Assembly: GCA_000934665.2 (NCBI GenBank)
Contig: KZ538409.1
Span: 1 to 64,000 of the forward strand
Source of the DNA: Catajapyx aquilonaris
Lineage: Eukaryota
DNA length: 64,000 nucleotides
Reading direction: 5' to 3'
The notes beneath the pieces are model-generated. The model did no database searches. It had not been told where the DNA came from and saw only the letters and a list, made by a program, of their open reading frames with translations. This document shows positions 23,537 to 34,874 of the stretch, piece by piece; within the stretch, counting starts at the first letter, position 1; every line of letters starts with the position of its first letter. A program made the translations under genes and the position numbers.

Positions 23537-24270
23537 TACAGCATGTGCCCAGAAATATTGGACTGTTCGTGAAGTGTCAGCAACGGGTTGGACTGATTCC
23601 GTAATATTCAGAATCTACCCAGTGTATATGAGCAGCTGAGAAAAACTAGAAGGTGTGGAGGGCATCAGGAGATGCAGAGTGCAGGCCATACCTGCCCATG
23701 ACCTGGACGAAATGTGAGGAGAGAATGTCTGAAAGTCCAGGAGTTGGTCCTGACTCTTGAGCCAAGGGTAATCCAGGTGACTGTACAGAAAGGTTGTCAT
23801 CTGTACTGTGATTGCATCAGGAGTCTGCATATGACTTTGAGATGACCAAATTGGTCATGAGAATGCTGAAGAGAGAAGATTTGCAGCAATGCACTTTGGT
23901 TATTTCCTCGGACATGTCTTTGCCCCATCAAATGACACTTATAATCAACCAATCAGACAAGTACTTGCCTTCACTCATAGTACGGATGGCAACCTTTCCG
24001 TACAGTCACCTGGACAGCTGGACTACCCTTGGCTCAAGAGTCAGGACCAACTCCTGGACTTCCAGACATTACCTTCTCACATTTCGTCCAGGTCATGGGC
24101 AGGTATGGCCTGCACTCTGCATCTCCTGATGTCCTCCACACCTTCTGGTTTTGCTCAGCTGCTCATGTATACACTAGGTATAGATTCTGAATTACGGAAT
24201 CAGTCCAACTTGGTCCAACCCGTTGCTGACACTTCGCAAACAGTCCAATATTTCTGGGCACATGCTGTAA
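23537..24270. mobile_element. Large foldback element with ~270-bp inverted arms
   Basis: ttacagcatgtgcccagaaatattggactg... / ...cagtccaatatttctgggcacatgctgtaa. Confidence 0.7.
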
Positions 24271-25039
24271 TGGGGAACTAGCCTTGGTCTGGGATTTGGG
24301 ATTTTTGTTCATAACTAGCTAGCCCATGCCTGTAAACATACATTCCATCACTCTGTTGCATCAAAATGACATTACTGGATAAATTACGGCACATTTAAAA
24401 GTGCCTTCAAAATTGGCGGGAAAAACGCCGCTGCCAATCGAAAGGGTACACGGAAATGCCTGGTTGACTGCGAGATATGAGGAATTTGACTTTGAATTAA
24501 CCGCGGACACGACGGAAAGCATTCGCAAGGCGGCTGTAGGCCATCGAGGTGGAGAAAGGGGGCCTTCATGTGCCGAATTCGGGTGACAGATGATTCCTGC
24601 CAGTTGGCACCACTGCCAGCCCCTGAGCTGATTGAGCGGCGTGAAGTAAAAACGCGCCCCGGCCGCTATCTTGCTCACGGAATGGGACGGTTGCTAACCA
24701 CAGCGAAGCATTTTACAACAATGACGGGGCGCGTTCTATAACACCATTTTTGCGTTCATTTCACTTCGCGTGACGTCAACATTTTCTAGGGAAACAGTGA
24801 CGTCACCATTTCCCTACATAAAAACCCCAATTACTCCGGAACGGGAACTGATATCTTAAAACGGAATATGCCAAAAAAATACAAAAAATATGGGCGAATT
24901 TATTATGTAGTTTCCAAAATGAAGGCTAGTTCCCCATTCTTCATGGGAGATTGCACTACAGCATGTGTCCAATTTCAGTAGACATTTCATGAAGTGCCCA
25001 ATTTCGCTATGGGGCTACGACATATACTTATACTTATAT

Positions 25040-25345
25040 ACTTTTCTTCATAATCACCACCTACTGCAATGCACTTGCACCAACAATGTACTAGTTCTTT
25101 CCTCCCATTGGTGTAGGACTCAGGGCTGTGAGAGCTGCACCAAGCGCTAACAGCAGCCTCAACTTCTGCATTGGAGCTGTACAGATTGCCCTGCAACTTT
25201 TTTCTCATCCCAAAATGAAGACACACCTGAAGGGACATCAGAATTTGAGACTGCTGTTCGCGCATGGTGCCACTCCCACAGACCAAAGTCCTATACACAG
25301 ATAGGAGAAAAGAACTAGTTGGTGCAAGTGTATTGCTGTAGTTGG
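25040..25345 (-). mobile_element. Mariner transposase C-terminal remnant
   Basis: KKLQGNLYSSNAEVEAAVSAWCSSHSPESYTNGRKELVHCWCKCIAVGGDYEEK matches the mariner ...WxKCIxxxGDYxEK terminus. Confidence 0.7.
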
Positions 25346-26021
25346 TGATTATGTAGATAGGTATAAATACACGTAGGTTTTGAACGGTCCCGGGTCTGAT
25401 ACCTACGGAAAAAAATACGGACGGGATAAAATACCGACGGGAAAAAAGTGGAAAGGTATAATTATGTTCTTTGTATATTTTCGGTAATAAAGCTGTCGGA
25501 AATTTATTCTGTCTGTATTATGTCTTTCGGTATTACGTACCAGACCCGGTTTTGAAGCGGTCATTCCATGCTTTCATTTGATGTTACCCTCATTGTTCTG
25601 TGAAATGTATTACAGATTCTACATATACATGGAGGCAAAAATTATTAGCATGCCCACGTATAAATTTGGAGAAAAAATTAAATATTGGCCATCTTCTTAT
25701 GCCAATGGTATCATTAAGTTAGGGCAATATAAATGTTAATACAATGTGCTCAAACTAAAGAAACCATGTACATTTCAGTCTGACAGTGAGTGTTCAACAG
25801 TGAGGTTTCATAAATAATATCTCTACTTCTAACCTATAGGCCTATTAATAGGGAAATAAGTTATACAATTTCTCCAGAATATCATATTGGTAACCATGCA
25901 AAGATATCTTTTCTTACCAATTTAGCTTAGCACCACACGATTAACTTGTTTTGTTGTAGATCTTATACATTTTTGACATATTCTGTTGGGATGCCTGTAA
26001 TACATCAGTGATATGCTATAG

Positions 26022-26420
26022 TTAAAGAGTTACCTGCTTCCTCTTGGGCTGCTGCTGATGTGTAGGTCTATCCCATTCTGGTGCCATACCAGTACTCGAG
26101 GCCGCAGATGTAGAAGAAGAGTGGTAATATAGGCACCTCTGGTGCGGTTCACTCCTTTGGTGCTTATCAAAGGCAGGATGGTTGAAATTGGACGTTCCCT
26201 TAACAAAGGCGGAATTTGGATCAGCAACGGAGCGGTACCCCCGGCAAACGGAGCACCACATCAGCTGCTCCACCTCATCAAAGGCCAACCATTCGTAATC
26301 AAGCAACCACTTCTCTTGGAATTGCCGCCCTCCGGGTCTATTGTTGTGGGACACCTGGCGACCATGCTGCTGTACTTGATGAATCCTTCGGCCGGCCGGA
26401 AACGAGGTCATTTTCGACAT
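26022..26420 (-). CDS. TTF-type (hAT-transposase/ZNF862/C17orf113-like) zinc-finger exon; probably the 5' coding exon of the BTB gene
   Basis: RQFQEKWLLDYEWL...MWCSVC...AFVKGTSNF...DKHQRSEPHQRC; strong acceptor at 26462, ATG at 26420, donor CAG|GTAACT at 26034 (phase 0) just before the stop. Confidence 0.75.
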   Translation of the reverse strand: MSKMTSFPAGRRIHQVQQHGRQVSHNNRPGGRQFQEKWLLDYEWLAFDEVEQLMWCSVCRGYRSVADPNSAFVKGTSNFNHPAFDKHQRSEPHQRCLYYHSSSTSAASSTGMAPEWDRPTHQQQPKRKQVTL

Positions 26421-28619
26421 GTACAAACGGAGCCGATCGTCCCGAATGTGCAAGCGACTAGTCTGGCGAAGGTTGGAAGTGGAAAAGAAATAATGCAAGC
26501 GGATCGAAGGTACGCTCACGAGGAACGCATGCGCTACCTTGCGGACCAACTCTCATACAGTACCGTATAGCATGCGCTCTTTTAAATTGCCGTATTATGT
26601 GCCCAGCGTACACATGCATCCATTTTGTCGCGTAGTCTTTGTGGCAGATTGTTTGTATGAATAAAAACAGTACGAAAAGTACTATAAGAATCCCGCCTAT
26701 TCACATCTTCAGAAAGAGCAAAGGGTTTTTTTTGTAGAAGGGTGAAATTAACGGCATATCTGCAAAACATATCTATTATTTTCTCGCGAAGCATGCATGA
26801 CCCAGGCCTCAAACTTAATCATACTGAACCAGTGAACCTTATACGTCCGTCAGAACTTGTGTCACCAAATATGACTGATATGTAACGCAAATACATCACT
26901 AATTATTGTGGAGGCCACCGTTCTTGGGCATGTGACTGAGCAAGTGACCAATGAAATGCTACTTATGTATAAAATGTGGATTTTTACGTTTTATAGGAAA
27001 ACTAATTCCATAGGCGCATATTCCTGGTGTTACTCTTTCTTTCAGTTGATCTCGTATGTTCATAGGGCTTTGACCACTTTACTAACCAGAAACAATTCTC
27101 CAAAAAAGGGCTCATTTTCAGATCCGAGACGGTCTAGCAACATTTAGGCTCACTTGATTCGGAAAGACCCATAGTAAACAGCTCCAAACTTTAAAACTAC
27201 ATATCTCAAAAGCAGCACAATTCTAATTACATATTTGGAATCAGCGGCGAAAATACCAATTTAAACACATATCATAACCCGAGAAAATATACCCTTGTCG
27301 AACAGTGTTATTAATATTCATACCATAAAATAAGAAATAGAGAAAAACGAACCACACTTCATTTGATTCTGACGTTTTTTGTGGAGAATTCCCCGAAGGA
27401 CTCCATGAACCAATCACTACATCCACAGTGTTTTCAGTGGGAGTATGCCTATTTTGTAAATGTCTAAGACAAAAAGACAGCCTATCATATTGCAGTCATT
27501 TGACAGAATCTTTTGAGATATTTTGATATCAGTTCTTCACTGGCTAAAAAGCCTATACCCTAAGTGTTTTATGAACAACTCCTGCTCTTGGATGATGCTA
27601 TGTTACATATTGAAAATAGTGTACCCTACTGATATTTCATTTATTTTGCTCTACCTTAGTACCAGTGTTTTCACGCCAAATCATATTGTGACTTTCATCA
27701 CCAAAAACATTACTCTTGGCAAGAGTTATTAGCTCTTGCTCTTGGCTATTTCAACTGGTTTGCTTGTTGCTTGGTTTCCTTTCATTAACATGCTCAAAAT
27801 TAAGTCGTCAAAAACCGTTATATTCCTCCAGTTTATTGGCATTTACCAGGTAGGCTATTTGCTTTAGAGGAAAACGCAAAAAAATGCAGAAAATGCAAGA
27901 TAATTTCAACTGGCAAATTACCCAACCGACTCTTTGGGAATATCAGAAAAATTCATGCATATATATCACTGTATGGAACGGCTCGTAAAATGACTGCTGC
28001 AAACTACTCAGAGCAGTAGGTAGGATTTTATTTTGAAAAGAAAAAAATGGGGGAAAAAACTAAACCCATCCGAACAGATTTGGTCCAATATTGAAAAAGA
28101 CCCTCTAAAATTCACCAATTAACGTTTATATGTGAAAGATTAAACATTAGAGTTAAAATCAGCATCTAAAAGAGGTGACGATTCTGCATGAATGTTTCAT
28201 GGCAATAATTCGCACCAATCTTATAGAAATTCAATGTGCTTAATATTGAAGTTCCTAATTTCAGAAAACACTAATATGGAGTGGTTCATGTAAAATTAAT
28301 GGGTGTAATTTTCGTCGTACTACTATTGCGATTAACTATAGGTCTGTAGTTACTGCTAACTTAGCAGTACCATTGCACTACACTGGTACTGCTAAGTTAG
28401 AAGTAACTATATAATAGTAGTACGACAGAAATTCCACAAATTTGTTTTCAGAAAGGAGATTTCATGAGTAGTAAATTGGAAATTGCTTGAGTAAGACCTG
28501 TGGTACAGCTTGGTGAAGGTCTTACGTGCGCCTGCCTTGTTTCAGTACCTTCATTCCGCCACGGAGGTCTTACTACCCTTTTCTTCACTGGAGGGAATGT
28601 TTTTGCTCTTATCTCATTA

Positions 28620-29784
28620 CTAGCAGGATACCCGGCGTTGCTCGAGTTATGAAATACTTTTTCATGTAGGTGTAAGTTTGGTGTAAGTCACTGATTTGGT
28701 AGTAACCTTTGAAATAATTATGGCTATACAATGTTGGCATACCTGTAACATGGAGCATATTTCATGTGCATGAAGTCCAAACACCACAAATGTTACAAAG
28801 TGAAAAAACAAACAAATGCAAAAAGATTGAAAACTACATGACACAGTAGGCCTACCTACGTAGACCACATTATGCCACACCTTATACACCTTATACCTTT
28901 ATACCACACCTTAAGCACGTTAAACCACATCCCATAACGACTTTTGAAAATACTTTGAGGATGTGGAGGTCCAAATTTTACAAAGGGAGAAAAAACAAAT
29001 AAAAGCAAAACGATTGAAAACTGCATGACGCAGAACGTAACACAGTTCGGAAGAAGGGAATTCCGACAAAAAGCACATGACACAGTACGTAGAGGAAAAG
29101 GCATGGCAGAAAAAGTACCGGTATACGCCAAGAAAATTCCGACAGGCTGCCTGAGTAAACAATAAACCACAACCGCCATTAGTCTACTATTCTTACACAC
29201 ATCGCATTTGTACCACCAGCTCGAACCCTGGGCCTGCCCCGAGGCCGTAGCTGGACCGTGCCACCGTGTCTAGGATAAACATGGAATAAGATACACCATA
29301 GGATAGCAAGATATGGAACTCTTTGAATATTATGAACAAAACGTGATGATTACCTATAATTACACCAACATTCTCGTAACCAAGGTAACAGTGTGTAAGG
29401 ACTTGAAAATGGAACAACGTATGCAGCCAATGTGAGTACAAAACACTGACCAAAGTACAGCCACCACGTAGAAATGCAATGACACTGCTGATGTGCTGCT
29501 GGAGGAGGTGGAAGGGGGGAGGAGGGAGGAGGAGGAGGGAAGGAATATGGTTTCCCGGGCAACTGAACAGCATTATTGGAACACAGGGGGCCAACTTCCA
29601 AAGTTCTTTTCGCCTCCTGTGGCCAAGGATGACCTCGGAGGTCAATTCCAATGCGCTAAGATCCTTCCCGGTAAAAAACTACCCCTGGTGATACCCCTGG
29701 GGCATATGTGGAGGCCTCCGTATGGATCTGTTTAGGTGACAGACAGAAAGACAGACAGATATAGGTCTTGAAATATGTATTAGA
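28620..29784 (-). mobile_element. Non-autonomous Helitron-like element
   Basis: On - strand begins A|TC and ends CTAG|T, with a subterminal hairpin-like cccggcgttgctcgag and a (GACA)n tract near the 5' end. Confidence 0.6.
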
Positions 29785-30103
29785 TGCCTTGCATAAAAAT
29801 TGACAAAACTACGAAAGTGAAGGTTGGAACAAGCCACGGACGTGACATGTCACGCTCTGTGACCTAAAGAAAAATATGATAGAATTTTCTCATTACATAC
29901 TTGTTATGTGCCCCCTATTCCGCAAGTTGCAATCTTATTTATTTGTATGTTATCTGGTTTTCAGATGTTATATTAAGTCCAGAAATTAGCTGGGACATGA
30001 AATTGCAGGGTTTTTCACTATTTAATAATAATTCATACCCCGTTATCAGCCATCGGCTCTTTAGGGGGGAAGTTTGTTTTGCCTGGAACTCTTTGCTTTT
30101 CAT

Positions 30104-30310
30104 TTTACTGCTGTGCTCTTTGGGATAGGATAGGGACGGAAGGAAGCGGCTGTGGCCTATTAATTACGGAAGCAACTCCGGAATTTTCCTGGAAGGACCA
30201 TGGGAAACCACAGAAAACTACGGTCAGAGTTGCCGGCCCCGGGATTTGATCCCAGGACCTCCCGATTAGCAGTCGGGCGCCGTATCCCCTCCTCCAAACT
30301 GCTTCGGTGT
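30104..30310 (-). mobile_element. tRNA-derived SINE copy
   Basis: Nearly identical to 32577-32779; head caccgaagcag...gactgctaatcgggaggtcctggg shared with 59718. Confidence 0.75.
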
Positions 30311-30319
30311 TTTTTGACA

Positions 30320-30898
30320 ATTTACCCACATACGTATGTGTTTCAGAATCTGTTCCATTAATTTCTCGGTAAGCACCAGCAGTGTGCAAGAACTGCTTAT
30401 TGTCCTTGATGCCTTTGCAAATTCCATGGAAGCAGCTACAGACGCATTACCTGAAGTGCCTCTATAGAGTCTAGACTGTTAGCCAAATTGAAAGTTTGTG
30501 CGTGCTGCTTCTCATCCTGGAACAGGCGAATGGAGCACGCGAAGAGCTGCATCTCAAGGTTGTCCCATATGGTTACGGCCATTCGATGGAAATGGGATGG
30601 GAGCAGTAGGGCATCCTGGTAGTTGGCTAAACAATGTTTTAAATAGTTCACCAGAGGTTTCATGGCTTCTACTGGTTCCTTCCTGTTGAGCAGGAGCTGG
30701 ATTGATTCTTCGACCAGATTCTTGATGGTGTCTTGAATCACGAGCTCTACTTTTTGGAACAAGCCATTGAGCGTGGATACCATCTGATTCAGTCTGGTTT
30801 CCCTTTCCTCTTCTTCTTCGAGCTCCTTCTTGCAAGATTCTGCTATTGCAGGACTCAGAGACCTGTGAGTACATCCACTCGTGTCATTTCTCATTTGA
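30320..30898 (-). pseudogene. Munc13-4/BAIAP3-like MUN (MHD2) domain fragment with a frameshift
   Basis: EAMKPLVNYLKHCL...HFHRMAVTIWDNL...IEALQVMR, then +1 frame CFHGICKGIKDNKQFLHTAGAYREI; recalls Munc13-4/BAIAP3 PLMxYL...F.R....W...L..FFHAEGKGL; cut by a SINE. Confidence 0.55.
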
Positions 30899-31197
30899 CT
30901 GTAGATGGGGCATATATATATACACACACATACATACATACGGTAACCTAGTAATATCAGTCTGCTAATGGCCAAAAACAAGAACGGAGAGTGTATTTAC
31001 ATTTGCTTTTACAGGATAGTGTTTAAAACACTGAAGGATCGTGGCATTTCAATTGCTCACTGAAGATGAAATGCCCTCGGAAAAATGCCATTTGCACAAC
31101 AATGTCTAAGCCCAACATAGTAATTCTGAATTAATGAGACAATTACTTGTACCCCCACTCTCCCCTACTTTGGGTGTGTGTGGGTGTGTGTGGGCGG

Positions 31198-32059
31198 GCA
31201 TTGCTATCCTTGTGAGGTATTTTTTACGCGTTTTCCTATCCTTGTGAGGAATTTTGTCATTACGAGGTAGTTTTCATGCACCTCATAGTGACACACGCCT
31301 CACAAGCAGGGCCGGACTTTCGCCTAGGCTCACAAGGCAGCTGCCTAGGGCCCCAGCGTCCGAGGGGGCCCTGGCGCCGAAGGCGCTTTTTTTAAAAAAT
31401 GACAACAATCTCATCGAAATTTTATAATTAACTTGTTACTTTTTGTCACAATTTTCTCCAGTTATAGCAGCGTAAAAATCATCCAAAAGTGTTAACACCT
31501 TCATGCAGTGGCGGTTTTAGGGGTGGGGGACGGGGGCACGTGCCCCCCCCNNNNNNNNNNNNNNNNNNNNNNNNNNNNNNNNNNNNNNNNNNNNNNNNNN
31601 NNNNNNNNNNNNNNNNNNNNNNNNNNNNNNNNNNNNNNNNNNNNNNNNNNNNNNNNNNNNNNNNNNNNNNNNNNCCCCCCCCCCCACAGAAAAAAATTCT
31701 GGATCCGCCACTGCTTCATGGGATTAAGTAACTGGTGAAGATAGGAAGCTCCCTACAATGGTCAGTGATGGATTAAATTATAGGGCCACTTGCTAAAATA
31801 ATGTCAAATAAAAATGAAATGAACGGTTTTTTTATAGTATGAAAAATACGGGAAAGGGAGGGGGGCCCCGACCTGGTTACCTGCCTAGGGGCCCCAGGGG
31901 CCCTAAGTCCGGCCCTGCTCACAAGGATAGGGAAAAATCGAAAAAATGCCTCATAAAGATAGTAAAAATATATTTCACCAAAATTTCGTGTTTCCTTGTA
32001 AGTTAGGTTAGGTTAGGATAGTTTTAAATTTTGGAAAAACCTCACAAGGATAGCAATGC
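31198..32059. mobile_element. Three nested MITEs: outer 31198-32059, hAT 31307-31917, inner hAT-like 31506-31713 spanning the N gap
   Basis: Outer TIR gcattgctatccttgtgagg; middle cagggccggact/agtccggccctg with perfect 8-bp TSD ctcacaag; inner cagtggcgg/ccgccactg flanked by cttcatg. Confidence 0.8.
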
Positions 32060-32083
32060 GCTCCTGAGTGTGTGTGTGATCAG

Positions 32084-32440
32084 GTCTTGACTAAGGTCTG
32101 GGGACGGAAGTCTGTGGTTTTACTGTAGCTGTGGGGACCAGTTCCAATTGTGGGGACATTAGTCGGTCCCCACAGTCTCACACACGCGAAGTGTACCATT
32201 ACAGTGGGGACATGTGTAAATTAGTGGGGACATGTCCCCACTATTTTCATTTGTAGGGTTTCACAAAAGTCCATTTTTCTCAGCCTAGGTTACTTAGGGT
32301 TGGGTAGGTTAGGTAGGATAGGGTAGGTTAGGGTAGGTTAGGTTAGGGTAGGTTAGGTTAGGTTAGGTTAGGTTAGGTTAGATCAGTTTACACTCGCAGT
32401 GAAAAGTGATCAATGTCCGTCCCCACGCCTTAGTCAAGAC
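32084..32440. mobile_element. TIR element containing degenerate (TTAGG)n, embedded in a (TG)n tract
   Basis: gtcttgactaagg...ccttagtcaagac; TTAGG-like array at ~32290-32380; TG repeats at ~32068 and 32445-32495. Confidence 0.65.
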
Positions 32441-32441
32441 A

Positions 32442-32499
<58 letters not shown>

Positions 32500-32576
32500 T
32501 GCAATTCAGCGGCCAGCGTGACACTTTTGTGATCTTTACTGAGTGTTTTGTCTGGAACTCTTTGCTTTTCATTTTT

Positions 32577-32779
32577 TACTGTGCTCTTTGGGATATGATA
32601 GGGACGGAAGGAAGCGGCTGTCGCCTATTAATTACGGAAGCAACTCCGGAATTTTCCTGGAAGGACCGTCGTGGGAAACCACAGAAAACCACGGTCAGAG
32701 TTGCCGGCCCCGGGATTTGATCCCAGGACCTCCCGATTAGCAGTCGGACACCTTATCCCCTACTCCAAACTGCTTCGGT
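32577..32779 (-). mobile_element. tRNA-derived SINE copy
   Basis: Nearly identical to 30104-30310. Confidence 0.75.
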
Positions 32780-33676
32780 CATTAAGGCATTATTTTTTCA
32801 TTTCCTAGAAGATTACTCATCATGCTGATTGTACAACATACTGCACGTATCTGTTCATTTCTATATTTCTTTTTTTAAATTTCCATTACCACACACTTCT
32901 TACAAGAACAATATATCGAATAATAAATTATTGTTCTGAATAATCTTGACATGATCTTTTACCATAACCAAAGAACAGCCACAGCTAAAATATAATACAA
33001 AACATTATATCTCACAATAAAATTATTCAGCCAGTTCACTCTTAATCGCTGCATCTCAAAAAACCTGAAAGAAACTGAGGTCCTTAATATAATTGTAATA
33101 GTGAATGATACAGGTTACATTGAAGATGATATTACAGTCTTTACTGTTTATCAGAAAGGCGTTGATGGTTGATTCTCTTTGAACAGGGCATTCCAACAAT
33201 CCTTATGTACTGGTTCAAACTTTTTGAATCAGGCCCTGATATCTCTGATTTTTAATGGGTCTATGGGCTTGACTGGTGCTGCAAATTCACTACCTCGTTA
33301 TGGTAGCGTGGCCTACGTGTCCCCACCTTTGTCATGATAGCCACCTTGTGAATGGCAGTGTCGACCTTGTTGACATTATGGAGTTACAACAATGTGCACG
33401 CCATCATCTCTGGTTGAATAGGAGATACGATAAAAGTGTCACTCACAGTCTCTCAGAACCAATAACAGTAGCCTATCGTTACTCCTGCGATTTTGCCAGC
33501 ATGTAGGTTGGAGCAGATACGAAATTATGATATTACGACAATACAGCACGGAGCCCTCGAAATGTGTCTGAGACTGTTTGATACGAGATGCTACACTACA
33601 AACCGTGCTACAAACTCACTGCAGAGCTTTATGCATATTTTTATCTCGGAGCAGGTCTGCAGCGAAGGGGCGCTTC

Positions 33677-34874
33677 CAGCGGCGTAGCCAGGGAATTTGT
33701 NNNNNNNTTTTTTTTTTTTTTTTGCTGTTCAAGCTCACACAAGCTTAGGTGAATGTGTAACTGACCAGTTAGTTATTTATTTTTAGGTCAGCCACGTCCA
33801 TGGTCCTATTGACACATGAACGTCTCGGCTTAACACTAAGCAACACCCTTAAGACACTGACCCACCTGGTCCAACCATGTCTTCCTAGGCCTACCCTTGC
33901 CCCTCTTGCCAACTACTCCACCCAAATAAACCTTCTTCACAATCTCCTCCTCCTTCATCCTCTCCACATGGCCAAACGACCTTACCTTTAACAGTCGAAT
34001 TGGTCACCGCAAAGTGTCGGAAATGAGATAGAACACCGTGGAAGCCGAGCGATAGGGAAACAATTAGAAGGCATGCCTTCTTGTTTCCCTATCGCAAGAT
34101 AGCGACTACTGCATAGCGGTAAAAGGGAGAATCTTTAAAGACGTAACTCTAGCCAGAGCTGATAGCAATTCTACCTAAGAAGACGATGAGGGATAGGATA
34201 GGATCCACCCAACGGAAAAAATCTGGCAAAGAAAGGCAATTCGGAAAAGAGAAAAAAAGCTAGTGCGCTTCATTTTGTTAAATGCATCAATTCGAGTAGA
34301 GAAAGCTATAGAAAAACAAGGGGCACTTACAGCGCTAATTAGTGTCCTCATCGGAGGCATGATGATTCACCAGAGGACTGTATGTCCACATAACAGCAGA
34401 AGTGGTAGGCTCCAGGGGAACTGGGTGCCAACAGGGAGAGACGAACTCAGGTATTGGCCCAATAGATGAAAAATTAGAAGGAGCCTCCGGGCCAAAAGGT
34501 CAAGTTACTTTGGCCTATTACACCAGCTGCTGCAGCTGCGGTCGAACCGTCCGCGTCCGACCGTGCGACCGTCCGACTTTGGAACATGTGGTGTGGCTTC
34601 CGGAGTATATTCCGGAACCCACACAATGGATCACGGCCGCACAGCCCACCACCGACCGATGACATGCACAGCATACACCTTATGTGTCGTAATGACCCCC
34701 CCCCCCCCCCCCCNGCTATTTTCGATTTTGAATAAATTACATCATCCACCACATAGCTACAATATTTGCACAGGTGCGTTTTTAGACATTAAAATAGCGG
34801 ATTTGAACTGTATGTTTCGGGTCCGGGGGGGGGGGGGCGTTACACCCCGCCCCCCCCCCCTCCCTACGCCACTG
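33677..34874. mobile_element. hAT-type non-autonomous element
   Basis: TIR cagcggcgtag / ctacgccactg with perfect 8-bp TSD ggcgcttc (33669-33676, 34875-34882). Confidence 0.75.

Noticed and set aside
22257..24281. Paired similar ORFs on opposite strands as duplicated genes (also 9330-9667 and 46715-47072)
   Set aside because: Artefacts of foldback inverted repeats.
31489..31738. ORFs spanning the N run
   Set aside because: Assembly gap inside a poly-C MITE.
32290..32380. True telomere or chromosome-fusion site
   Set aside because: Short, degenerate and enclosed within a TIR element.
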